Part shown: one piece after another, positions 49,004 to 58,799 of the stretch
How the letters are laid out: each line of letters opens with the position of its first letter
How positions within the stretch are numbered: position 1 is the stretch's first letter
IMG/VR virus record: IMGVR_UViG_3300024348_000005
Location: 64,001-128,000 of that record
DNA: 64,000 nucleotides
DNA from: a virus
Direction: 5' to 3' (one strand)
Translations under genes and position numbers: made by a program
The notes under the pieces: model-generated
Databases searched by the model: none
What the model was told of the DNA's origin: nothing
What the model saw: the letters and a program-made list of their open reading frames with translations, nothing else

Positions 49004-49851
49004 ATTAAACTATTACTTGTTAAATTATTAATTATTGATTTAGCAATTATTTGATGGCACTCTTTAGACGGGTGAACATCGAAAACATTACGATTTTTAT
49101 TTTTTCTAAAATCACCCTCAATGGTCATATCGTCATCTGATTTCATTAAACTCATTATTGTCCCGAACTCCTTATTATTATTTTTTATTTTTATTACCTT
49201 ATCTTTAAAAAATGTGTCATCTTTTAAACAATAAAGTACATCACCAAACCAAGAAATTATCTTAACATCAATTCCTTTTTTATTATAAAAAATAACCTTT
49301 TCCTTTAATCTTTTATTTTGTTTAATTAAATGCTGTTCCTGAATATCATCAACGGTATAATTATGTAAATTACAATATTCATCAAACTCTTTACCACCGA
49401 CAATATCGTCATCGATTCCGTTATATAGATGTGCATTTAATATTTTTGTTTTATATGACACACCATTTAATTCAAATTCAAAATAACTTCTATATGGATT
49501 TGTTAATTGGATAATCATATGACTAAAGTCTTGATATGAAAATTTACGTTCAACGTTAAATATATGATTGAAAAAATCAAATGTTTCATCTTCAGAACCA
49601 CCATTACCTAATAATTGACCAACATCATCTTTACACACCTCGAATGTATTTAAACCGTTAGCGACTAATCTTGGGAACCTTAATGAGTTTTTATGTCTAA
49701 TCATCGCTTCAGTTATTACTCTTGAATTAAAAGAATGATTTTCCGATGTTGCTGGTAAATTTGAAAGGTTAGAGTAATGATACAACCCTTGCCCCCAAGT
49801 AAACGAACACCCACCAAATAATATACCTTTAATAGTTTGTCTCATCCTCAC
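49000..49851 (-). CDS. SGNH-like protein (GCSF type), tandem paralog
   Basis: FGGCSFTWGQG, NGGSEDE, DVHPSKECH. Confidence 0.65.
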   Translation of the reverse strand: MRMRQTIKGILFGGCSFTWGQGLYHYSNLSNLPATSENHSFNSRVITEAMIRHKNSLRFPRLVANGLNTFEVCKDDVGQLLGNGGSEDETFDFFNHIFNVERKFSYQDFSHMIIQLTNPYRSYFEFELNGVSYKTKILNAHLYNGIDDDIVGGKEFDEYCNLHNYTVDDIQEQHLIKQNKRLKEKVIFYNKKGIDVKIISWFGDVLYCLKDDTFFKDKVIKIKNNNKEFGTIMSLMKSDDDMTIEGDFRKNKNRNVFDVHPSKECHQIIAKSIINNLTSNSLI

Positions 49852-50461
49852 TAATTATTTGTATCAATGACGTTCTTAATAAATTATTATCAGTTATTTC
49901 CATAACTTCATGTTGTAAATTTGCCTCTTTAAAATTCAGTATTGCAACATTCCCAAATTTAGGTTCCACTTCAATCCTATTACCATCTAAATCGGTGATA
50001 TATAACTCACCACCCATTCCCTTCTCCCAATTTTTAGTAAGGTAACAAATTAACGCACAAACTCTTGGAATATGTAAACCATCATTGTGATCCTTAATAA
50101 AACACCCTTTATTATAAAGTGCCAATTCAAAACCATTCTTTACGAGTTTATATCTACCCCAAGTCTTTTCCAATGTTGGAAACGCATAATTAATTATTGT
50201 TTTTTCACCAAAAGAATAATCATATAACCATATCTGTACTAAATCTTTCTCTTCTCTTATTAATCTTTCTTTTTCTAAGTTTGCCATTTCATAAGACATC
50301 ATTTCAGTCCTATTTACGTTTTTCACTTCACCTATTGAATAAAATACACAATAATTTTTACCAACATAATTGACATTACTTACCCTTTCTAAAATATTTT
50401 CATAATCAGGACCAAAAAATTCGTTTCCTGTCCCAACTATGTATCCTTTACCTATTTTCAT
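49829..50461 (-). CDS. 2OG-Fe(II) oxygenase (prolyl-hydroxylase-like fold)
   Basis: HND...YLT..W....GGEL...HEV...R. Confidence 0.85.
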   Translation of the reverse strand: MKIGKGYIVGTGNEFFGPDYENILERVSNVNYVGKNYCVFYSIGEVKNVNRTEMMSYEMANLEKERLIREEKDLVQIWLYDYSFGEKTIINYAFPTLEKTWGRYKLVKNGFELALYNKGCFIKDHNDGLHIPRVCALICYLTKNWEKGMGGELYITDLDGNRIEVEPKFGNVAILNFKEANLQHEVMEITDNNLLRTSLIQIISEDETNY

Positions 50462-51438
50462 TAGTTATTAAATTCGTTTTTATGTTCCATATACCACACA
50501 TACGCATTTTTTAACCCAACTTCTAATGGGGTTTTAGATTCCCAACCTAAGTTCTCTTTGATTTTATTTGAATCTATTCTACGTGTTGGAATCATAGATG
50601 GTTTACCCTGAATATATTCTGTAGGAGCATTATAGTCCACAATATGTTTCATTAAACCTAAAACATCATTTACAGAGTGTACTTCATTTGACCCTACGTT
50701 ATATACTTGAAACATTTCCGTTTCTTTTTCCATAACAACCTGTAGAGCCTCTACGAAATCTTCAACGTAAAGTAAATCACGCAGTTCGCTACCATCTCCC
50801 CATACAGGAATTGGATTCATTTTATCAGCAACTTTACGAATTGTTGCTGGTGTTACGTGACATTTATTAAAATCGTACTTATCGTGTGGGCCAAACAAAT
50901 TTGCTGGTCTGATAACCGTACATTTCATTGTTCGTGGTAAGTATTTTGCATAAAGCTCACATTGAACCTCAGCATAACGTTTCATCCAACCTACTGGAAA
51001 ATAAACGGGGTAAGGTTCATCAAATAAGAAATCAGTTTCGACAACGGGTTCATCACCCTTTGGTGGATACACTGTGTTTGATGATATAAATATGTAATGT
51101 TCCACACCATTTCTCCATGACGCGTCAATTAAAAAATTATTCATTGCCACGTTAGGTGTTACATGTGCTAAAGGGTCCACAACCGTATCTACAGCATTTG
51201 ATGTTGAGGCAGCAGCGTGAAACACAACACTTACTCCTTCAGTTGCCTCTCGACAACCTTGATATGTTTGTAAATCATGTTGAGTGTATTCTACACCTTC
51301 ATGTTTTGTTCTAACACCTCTTTTATGTAGGTTTACTCTGATTTCAGTATAACCTTCTTTTATTAATCTTGCGGTTAAATTTTGACCAACTAATCCCGAA
51401 CCACCGGTGATTAATATTTTTGAATTTTTATTTATCAT
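50461..51438 (-). CDS. Extended SDR, GDP-fucose-synthase-like, atypical active site
   Basis: TGGSGLVG, RPANLFGPHD, HVTPATIRK, VWGDGSELRD; YxxxK reads VGWMK. Confidence 0.85.
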   Translation of the reverse strand: MINKNSKILITGGSGLVGQNLTARLIKEGYTEIRVNLHKRGVRTKHEGVEYTQHDLQTYQGCREATEGVSVVFHAAASTSNAVDTVVDPLAHVTPNVAMNNFLIDASWRNGVEHYIFISSNTVYPPKGDEPVVETDFLFDEPYPVYFPVGWMKRYAEVQCELYAKYLPRTMKCTVIRPANLFGPHDKYDFNKCHVTPATIRKVADKMNPIPVWGDGSELRDLLYVEDFVEALQVVMEKETEMFQVYNVGSNEVHSVNDVLGLMKHIVDYNAPTEYIQGKPSMIPTRRIDSNKIKENLGWESKTPLEVGLKNAYVWYMEHKNEFNN

Positions 51439-53090
51439 ATTATTTGTTTTTTTTTCAATTCTTTTTTATCAAATATAAAATCAATGAAAGTTAATCTTCT
51501 AAAACCATTTTTAACAGGATTAACAGCATGATTGGGGTTGTTATGTGTGAAGTCTAACATTGAGAAATTACCTTTTATTGGAGTTAATGATTTTACATCT
51601 TTCCCTTCCATAATAACTAATTCACCACCATTAATATAGTCTTTTTCATCTGAAAGGTAAATTAAAACGACACATTTTCTTCCTTTATTTTCACCATCGT
51701 TATGTGGTGTGATGTGATCACCATCTTCATATATGGTGAACGCCGATTGATGTTCAATATTGTCTTTTAATTCAGGATAAATTTTAACCACATATTTCTC
51801 TACAATTTCTTTAAAGTAATCTTTAGATTTAGATAGGTCTCCGGTAAATTGTACACTTTCCCACCATTTTTGAACAACTTCTAAATTGTTATCTATAATA
51901 AATTGGTTACGTTCTTCTATTTCTTCTTTGGTTATAGATGGTTTATAATCACCCCCAAATTGGGAAAAGTTCCTATACTCATATCTATACAAATAATTCT
52001 CTTTTGTTTCTGCAGATTGATAAACAGGAGTAATATGTTGATTAAATTCATCCATATCAACACCTAACTCTTCAATCTTACCAAAATAATAACCAGATTT
52101 GATATAATCTTTTACTTTAAAATTTAGATTTGAATTATCAAATTGAGAAATGTAATAATTATACGTGTTTCTTAATCCATCCTCAAAAGATTTTTTTGGT
52201 AATAAATCATAACTTTTTTGTTTGGTAACATCCATTTGTCTTTTTAAATCTCCATTTGGTTTCGATGGGTCCCAATTGATAGACAAATCTTTACCTGATA
52301 TTTTTACCAAAGATTCAATCATAGATTTGATTGTTATTTCCACACCCGCACCAAAATTTACAATATCATTTATCTCATCCTCAAATAACTTTATACATGC
52401 GTCAGCAACATCACCACCGTAAACAAAATCACGAATCGGACTACCATCTCCCCAACATTCAATACTACCTTCAGATTCCCATATTTTTTTAACGGTAGAT
52501 GAAATCACGGTACCATTACCACTAAAATCGTCATAGTCACCATATATGTTAGCCGGTCTAATTATTGACCACTTTTTATAATCATATTGAACTTTATATG
52601 CCTCTAATAATATTTCTCCCATTCTTTTAGACCAAGAAGGAAACCAGTCGTGTTCAGATGGCAATGTTTTCCAAACATCAGATTCAACAAACGTTTCTGC
52701 GGGAGAATAAACACCAACTGAGCTCATGAAAACCAACCATATATTTCTTTTTGAACATTGATTAATTATCTCTGTGTTAATTTTGAATGATGGATATAAA
52801 AAGTCAACTGGTTGTGTTTTAGCTCTAATAGGTGAACCTTTTATACCAAACGCGTTAATTACTACGTCCGGATTATGTTTATCAAATAACCCAATTAAAT
52901 CAAGTTCATTTGTTAAATCAACCTTTTCATATGTAAATCTATTTTTATATAAATCACTTAAGTTTATGTTAGATTCTTTAATATCAGCACCAATCACAAG
53001 GTACATCTTATCACTCTGATGTCTTAAAAGTTTTTCAATTAAGAATTTTCCAACTAATCCGTTACAACCGGTTACTAATATTTTTTTCAT
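51435..53090 (-). CDS. Fusion of extended SDR and C-terminal 2OG-Fe(II) oxygenase
   Basis: TGCNGLVG, RPANIYG, WGDGSPIRDF; then HND...YLS...GGEL...HAV...RR. Confidence 0.85.
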   Translation of the reverse strand: MKKILVTGCNGLVGKFLIEKLLRHQSDKMYLVIGADIKESNINLSDLYKNRFTYEKVDLTNELDLIGLFDKHNPDVVINAFGIKGSPIRAKTQPVDFLYPSFKINTEIINQCSKRNIWLVFMSSVGVYSPAETFVESDVWKTLPSEHDWFPSWSKRMGEILLEAYKVQYDYKKWSIIRPANIYGDYDDFSGNGTVISSTVKKIWESEGSIECWGDGSPIRDFVYGGDVADACIKLFEDEINDIVNFGAGVEITIKSMIESLVKISGKDLSINWDPSKPNGDLKRQMDVTKQKSYDLLPKKSFEDGLRNTYNYYISQFDNSNLNFKVKDYIKSGYYFGKIEELGVDMDEFNQHITPVYQSAETKENYLYRYEYRNFSQFGGDYKPSITKEEIEERNQFIIDNNLEVVQKWWESVQFTGDLSKSKDYFKEIVEKYVVKIYPELKDNIEHQSAFTIYEDGDHITPHNDGENKGRKCVVLIYLSDEKDYINGGELVIMEGKDVKSLTPIKGNFSMLDFTHNNPNHAVNPVKNGFRRLTFIDFIFDKKELKKKQII

Positions 53091-53722
53091 TTTTTACTTA
53101 TAAAATTTATGTATGTTAATCTTTTAAAATCGTTTTTCACTGAAGTAACTTCATGAGTTACGTTGTTTTGTGTAAAATCTAATATAGTAAAATTTTCGTT
53201 AATTGGGTACACTTCTTCAATGATACCATTATTCTTTATAATCAATTTTCCACCCCCATCATTATATGTTTGTGAATCCGATAGGTAGATTAAAAAAACA
53301 CAAATTCTACCTTCATTAAAACCATCTTTATGTTCATTTATAAAGTCACCATTTTCAAATAGAGTTACATCATCCATATGAACTAAATCACCAAGGTCCC
53401 CATAATTTTCATTTATAAAATTGGTAATACTCTTTCTAAAATAATTTTTTAGGGGTATTAATTTATCACCACTATACTGCCACCATCTTTGAAATGTACT
53501 TAAATTATTATCTCTAACGAATTGTTCCCTCGTACTAATTTCATTTAAACTAATTAACATTTCATATGGTATTGGGTCTTCATAATCAAAACGATACCTA
53601 AATTCATTCTTATCGTTAACTAATTCATTTGTTTTTAAACAATAATCTTTGAATATCGACAGTTCAGAAAATAACTCCACATTTTTACCAACATAATACC
53701 CGTCTTTAAATAAATTATTCAT
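53087..53722 (-). CDS. 2OG-Fe(II) oxygenase, paralog of the fused domain
   Basis: HKD...IYLS...GGKL...HEV...KR. Confidence 0.85.
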   Translation of the reverse strand: MNNLFKDGYYVGKNVELFSELSIFKDYCLKTNELVNDKNEFRYRFDYEDPIPYEMLISLNEISTREQFVRDNNLSTFQRWWQYSGDKLIPLKNYFRKSITNFINENYGDLGDLVHMDDVTLFENGDFINEHKDGFNEGRICVFLIYLSDSQTYNDGGGKLIIKNNGIIEEVYPINENFTILDFTQNNVTHEVTSVKNDFKRLTYINFISKK

Positions 53723-55424
53723 TTTTATGGATTAAACTTTTAAAATAGATTTCATCTCTTTTTGAATTATCAATATCTACTATTTTATTTTTATTGTCGA
53801 TGAATCTTTGCTCGTTATTTTTATAAAATTCAATAACTTGATTTTTGTTTTTTAACAATCTCAAAATTTCATTAAAAACAAGTATAAACCTTTTTTTATC
53901 GTCTGGTTCATTATCATAATCGTGATTTACGATGTCATCAAATAAATCAAATCCAAACCTATCTTTAAGTGTTTTTACGTGGTTATAAGACGAAACAAAA
54001 ATAGGTAGTTGGTAAAAATAGAACGGTTTCATTGATTTTTCTGTGATGTGAATTTCTGGCCTGTCATAACAGGATTCGGTTACTATATTAACATAAGAAC
54101 CCTCAAAGGTTCTATTCTCATATATATTTTTCCAATCAACCTGTGCATGATCACTCGTGTCATCAAACCACCCCTTTTCATTTTCAAAATTACTTTTCTT
54201 TATATCAATATCATTAAGTGTGTCTATTTCTGATTTTAACATATCACACTCTTCTTTTGTGAATATCGGAGAATAGAACGGATAGTCGGGGTTAAACTTA
54301 AGTTGTTTCTTCCTATACCAACCATAGACTAAAGACCAATCCACCTCATTTAAAATATTATTCTTCATCATTAATGCAAGTAACCCATATCTATGAGGTT
54401 TAGGACTTCTATTGTGACACATAAAAAAATTACCGGTTTTATCTGGTATAAATCTCGGTTCACCAAATTGGACCATGTGGTCACAAATAAATTTGACTAA
54501 AAAATCTAAAGAATAAACGTTTAAATCTGTGTTAAGTTCTTCTTTATATTGGTTTAATTTTGAATTATTATTCCATATGTAGATTCTTTTAGAATCCAAA
54601 TTTTCGTTTTTACAAATCGTATCTACTTGTGAAATGAAATTTTTTGTTTCATACTCGTGCTCGTTTAAAAGTACAATATTAAAATTTGGGTACTGTAAAA
54701 AACATTCTCTAACTTTAACAGGTAATGGTAATGTTTGTTCATCTGAAATATGGTGACTGATATTATCACTATTAATAAAATAATAGTAATTTTCGTTTGG
54801 ATTATCAAAAACCTCATCTAATGTGCAATTTTTGATGTTACTGAACATTTTGTAAAATCTAAAAAAACCTATAACTATACGATATCTTCTTTTATTTGGT
54901 TCCTCATGTAAATTTGGGAAATACGTGCCAATATCTTCGCTCCATTTATCATAGACAACATTAAGAGTCTTTTGTTTTTTTATATTAATTAGATTATTGA
55001 AAAATGAATTATTTATCTCCTTTTCATCTAAAACATAAAATCTTTCAGTTGGTAAATTAATTTTTGTTATTACTTTAGTCACATCCTTAAAAATTTTTGG
55101 ATCACCAATAAAGATAATTCTAAGATTATCGTGGTTCCAATACATGTTTCTTAATTTTGTTTCTAACGGCAAATCATCGTGCCCAATGTCTTGAGTTACA
55201 ATGTTGAATGTTTCAAACCCATTTAATATATAAAAATAATCTTCATTTGGATTTTCAGAAATAGAATCTAAAGTACATTTTCTTATATTATTAATACCGA
55301 TATTTGATAACACCAATTTTATACCTTCAAATTTCTCATCTTCATTTTTTTTGATACCATTATAATAGTGTAATTCATTTACTCTATCATAATCACCATA
55401 TATCACATTAAAAAAATACCCCAT
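53715..55424 (-). CDS. Putative GT-B glycosyltransferase, paralog 2, with duplicated N-domain
   Basis: FMCHNRSPKPHR, YVNIVTES..HITEKSMKP; two copies of N(V/I)xY...CTLD...NPNExY. Confidence 0.55.
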   Translation of the reverse strand: MGYFFNVIYGDYDRVNELHYYNGIKKNEDEKFEGIKLVLSNIGINNIRKCTLDSISENPNEDYFYILNGFETFNIVTQDIGHDDLPLETKLRNMYWNHDNLRIIFIGDPKIFKDVTKVITKINLPTERFYVLDEKEINNSFFNNLINIKKQKTLNVVYDKWSEDIGTYFPNLHEEPNKRRYRIVIGFFRFYKMFSNIKNCTLDEVFDNPNENYYYFINSDNISHHISDEQTLPLPVKVRECFLQYPNFNIVLLNEHEYETKNFISQVDTICKNENLDSKRIYIWNNNSKLNQYKEELNTDLNVYSLDFLVKFICDHMVQFGEPRFIPDKTGNFFMCHNRSPKPHRYGLLALMMKNNILNEVDWSLVYGWYRKKQLKFNPDYPFYSPIFTKEECDMLKSEIDTLNDIDIKKSNFENEKGWFDDTSDHAQVDWKNIYENRTFEGSYVNIVTESCYDRPEIHITEKSMKPFYFYQLPIFVSSYNHVKTLKDRFGFDLFDDIVNHDYDNEPDDKKRFILVFNEILRLLKNKNQVIEFYKNNEQRFIDNKNKIVDIDNSKRDEIYFKSLIHKNE

Positions 55425-55435
55425 ATTAATTTCAT

Positions 55436-56599
55436 TTATATTAAAGATTCAAAATAATTGTAATCAGTTCTATCGTTTATTATGTTTGAAACGATTTCAT
55501 TATTTTTTAAAAACCTTTCTTTATTATTTATGATGAATTTTTTAATTTCATCTCTATTATTATAAATTCTATTTATTTCATCACAAACAAGTGAGAATCT
55601 CTTTTTAAAGTTAGTTTCATTATCATAATCGTGATTAACCACATCCTCAAATAAATCAAACCCATATATTTCTTTTAGATTCTTAACATGAAATGCGGAA
55701 GATAAAAATATAGGTATTTGATAAAAAAAGAACGGTTTAAAGGATTTCTCAGTTATATGTACATCTTCAGTAATGAAATTTGTTTCCGTTGTAATATTAA
55801 GATATGCATTACGAAACGTATCCTCACAAATGAAATCACCAAGATCACCAAATTTAAAGACATGGTCAATTTCATATTTACTTTTCACGTTACCATTTTT
55901 TAAAATAATTTCAATTTCTTCTTTTAATGTTGGAGATAAATTATAATCCACATTTGATTCCGAATCGAACATAAATGACCAGTCGACATCATTGATAATG
56001 TTTGTTTTTTTAAGAAACGCCAATACCGCAAGTCTGTGTGATTTCATTCTTTTATTATGACACATAAATAAAAATTCACGATTTGTAGAAAATTCTATTT
56101 TATGTTTATTTAATAGTTTTGAATAAAAGATTGGTAAATATTTTGTGGACAACACGTTAATGTTACTATTGTATTTTGATTTATAAAAATTTAAAAGAGA
56201 ATTATTATTGATTAAATGTATTTTTGTCCCATCAATATTATGTCTATCTATAAAATCATTTAATTTTATGAAATTTTCTTCGTCAATAGACTCGTGCTCA
56301 CTTAATAAAACAACATTTACATTATTTAATGTTTTTAATGAGACCATTAATAACTCCGTAAATGGAATTGTATTTTCAAAAAAACTAAATGTAGATAATT
56401 TTGAAATAAAATAATAATATTTTTCATTAGGATTATTAAATGCATCAATTAACTTAGATTCATTTATTTCTTTGAAATTAAAATATTTAAAATGTTTTTT
56501 TAAATACAACATTCTTTCCTCATCACTACCTTTAACAAAGTAATAACTCAAATCTATATCATCTAAATTATCCTTAATAATATTTAAAAAATTACCCAT
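55436..56599 (-). CDS. Putative GT-B glycosyltransferase, paralog 3
   Basis: FMCHNKRMKSHR, YLNITTET..HITEKSFKP; ATG at 56599 (MGNFLNII) matches the paralog start. Confidence 0.55.
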   Translation of the reverse strand: MGNFLNIIKDNLDDIDLSYYFVKGSDEERMLYLKKHFKYFNFKEINESKLIDAFNNPNEKYYYFISKLSTFSFFENTIPFTELLMVSLKTLNNVNVVLLSEHESIDEENFIKLNDFIDRHNIDGTKIHLINNNSLLNFYKSKYNSNINVLSTKYLPIFYSKLLNKHKIEFSTNREFLFMCHNKRMKSHRLAVLAFLKKTNIINDVDWSFMFDSESNVDYNLSPTLKEEIEIILKNGNVKSKYEIDHVFKFGDLGDFICEDTFRNAYLNITTETNFITEDVHITEKSFKPFFFYQIPIFLSSAFHVKNLKEIYGFDLFEDVVNHDYDNETNFKKRFSLVCDEINRIYNNRDEIKKFIINNKERFLKNNEIVSNIINDRTDYNYFESLI

Positions 56600-57216
56600 T
56601 TCCCCGTTCCGTAGTGCGGCCACTCTTTTTTATAATCATACCAAATAACATCTGAAGGAACCTCACTTTTAACTTTCCATGTTTCCACTGTTGGAGTGTT
56701 GGTCGATACACCATTATCCTCAACAACAAATTTTATTGGTAAATCAAAATTTTTGGCATACTTGTAGTTTTCCATAAATCCACCAGTTTCAAATGCCATG
56801 TCACCAACAAAACACCAAACAGTTTCATTATTATCCTCTATTTTATTTGCCATAGCAACACCAACAGCAATCGGTATTATAGCACCAACAATTGCAGATG
56901 CATAGAATTTCTCATCTTTATTTACTAATGTAATTGACCTACCGTCTAATATTTCTTGTTCAATCCATTCAGATGGTACACCTTTAAGTAACGCATGGTA
57001 ATGAGATCTCCAAGTTGAAAAAACCCAATCGGGTTTCTTAATGTATTTGAATATTTCAATTAACTCATCTTCATTACCACCACTTAAGTGAATCGGTCCC
57101 CTAACTCTTCCGGATTCCCAATGATCCGCCATTTTTCTTTCAAACTGAATAAGTCCCGCTTTATCCCATAATGGTTTGTTTACCATCGGTAATGAATCTA
57201 TTAAATTTTTTATCAT
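56584..57216 (-). CDS. TPP-dependent E1-alpha-like subunit (short)
   Basis: GPIHLSGGNE, STWRSHYHAL, TPP motif GDMAFETG...VVEDN. Confidence 0.88.
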   Translation of the reverse strand: MIKNLIDSLPMVNKPLWDKAGLIQFERKMADHWESGRVRGPIHLSGGNEDELIEIFKYIKKPDWVFSTWRSHYHALLKGVPSEWIEQEILDGRSITLVNKDEKFYASAIVGAIIPIAVGVAMANKIEDNNETVWCFVGDMAFETGGFMENYKYAKNFDLPIKFVVEDNGVSTNTPTVETWKVKSEVPSDVIWYDYKKEWPHYGTGKWVIF

Positions 57217-57749
57217 CTGTCTCTTTTTTGTAATATTGGATTATTTGTTGGCCATTCCATTTGATATTCGGGGTCATTCCATTTAACAACACCTTGTTCA
57301 TTTGCATCAACATAACCATCTTTATAAAATAGGTTATAATGAAACATACAATCGGTTAATGCGTAATGACCATTGGCAAATCCTGGAGGAACCAATACTT
57401 GATTTCTATCTTTCTCGGTAATCATAAAGGATTCCCACTCACCAAAGGTATCTGATTTCGGTCTCATATCTAATACTATTAAATATATATCACCAACTGC
57501 GGCTTGTACTAATTTCCAAGTCTTATTGTCCCAATGTAACCCTCTCAATACACCTTTGTACGATTTTGAAAACCTACCATGTACTTCGTTTCCTTCACCT
57601 ATTTTTTGCATAACAGGATGTTCACCTGAATGAAAAGTTGTGAATATCTCACCCCTATATTCTCTATAAATTGATGGTGTATATGTTGGTACTTCGTAAC
57701 CAAATTTTTTTGATGGAGTAATTTGAAACTCATTCCATTTATTATTCAT
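57213..57749 (-). CDS. rmlC: dTDP-4-dehydrorhamnose 3,5-epimerase family (cupin)
   Basis: GVLRGLH, KLV, DMRPKSDTFGEW, VPPGFANG, WNDP. Confidence 0.85.
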   Translation of the reverse strand: MNNKWNEFQITPSKKFGYEVPTYTPSIYREYRGEIFTTFHSGEHPVMQKIGEGNEVHGRFSKSYKGVLRGLHWDNKTWKLVQAAVGDIYLIVLDMRPKSDTFGEWESFMITEKDRNQVLVPPGFANGHYALTDCMFHYNLFYKDGYVDANEQGVVKWNDPEYQMEWPTNNPILQKRDR

Positions 57750-57750
57750 A

Positions 57751-58722
57751 TTACATGTTGTTTGCGTATCCTAAAGGAAAACCATTTCTAAATTCCGCAC
57801 CCATTTTTGGTACAATCATTTGATAAGCCATTATTAATTCTTCAATACCCATATCAATATCCCACTTAGGAGACCAACCAGTCGATTCAATCTTTGCATT
57901 TGATACAATATAATCCCTTTTGTCGGGATCTTCGTAATAGTCGTTATATGAGACAGCAAAGTTTTTAACGTGTGATTGAATCTTCTCAAGTAATTCTTGT
58001 TTACTTAAATTAGCAGTACTTAAACCCACGTTAAAAATCTCACCTTTATGTTGTTCATAATTTTCTAACATAAACAAGAATACATTTGCAACGTCTTGAA
58101 TGTGAATGAAGTTTCTTTTAAAATTCTTTTCAAATACCACAATGTATTTGTCAGTAATAGCTTTATAGGTAAAATCATTTACCAATAAGTCCGTTCTCAT
58201 TCTTGGTGAAACACCAAACACAGTTGCCAATCTAAAAATGATGGCATTGGTATTTGATTTTAAGAAATTTTCTGCTGAACATTTTGTTGTGCCGTATATT
58301 GAAATTGGATTTAATGGTGATTCTTCGGTACATTCAGTTTGACCCACACCAATACCATATCCACTATTTGTATTAGGATATAATATTTTTATATTTTTAT
58401 CTTTGGTGAATTTAACTATGTTGAAAATCTGGTTAAAGTTAATTTCCTTAGCTAATTCTGGTTCTGCATCACACGCAGGAAACCCAACAATTGCGGCTAA
58501 TGGAATTATAACGTCAACCTCATTACAAAGTTTTTCCAATAACGATTCGTTTCTAACATCTCCGTGAATAAATTTAAAATTAGGATTTGATGTATAAACT
58601 AATAAAGATGTTTGATTGAATATCAATTTATCCAAAACAACTACTTTGTGTCCGGCATTTAACATTTTTCCGGTAATTACGGAACCAAGATATCCAGCTC
58701 CACCTGTGATTAGTATTTTCAT
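57751..58722 (-). CDS. NAD-dependent sugar epimerase/dehydratase/reductase (extended SDR)
   Basis: TGGAGYLG, intact YGTTK, RLATVFG..PRMR; ATG at 58722. Confidence 0.88.
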   Translation of the reverse strand: MKILITGGAGYLGSVITGKMLNAGHKVVVLDKLIFNQTSLLVYTSNPNFKFIHGDVRNESLLEKLCNEVDVIIPLAAIVGFPACDAEPELAKEINFNQIFNIVKFTKDKNIKILYPNTNSGYGIGVGQTECTEESPLNPISIYGTTKCSAENFLKSNTNAIIFRLATVFGVSPRMRTDLLVNDFTYKAITDKYIVVFEKNFKRNFIHIQDVANVFLFMLENYEQHKGEIFNVGLSTANLSKQELLEKIQSHVKNFAVSYNDYYEDPDKRDYIVSNAKIESTGWSPKWDIDMGIEELIMAYQMIVPKMGAEFRNGFPLGYANNM

Positions 58723-58799
58723 ATTTAAAATATACAAAAAATAATCTTAATTACAAATTGTTATTACGGATTTTTTTATTTATATTTTATCATAATATT

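Noticed and set aside
49829-53722. Prolyl hydroxylation of the collagen-like fibres
   Set aside because: The repeats contain no proline
46798-57216. Pyruvate dehydrogenase as an auxiliary metabolic gene
   Set aside because: Subunits are truncated, E2/E3 are absent and the context is sugar-nucleotide enzymes
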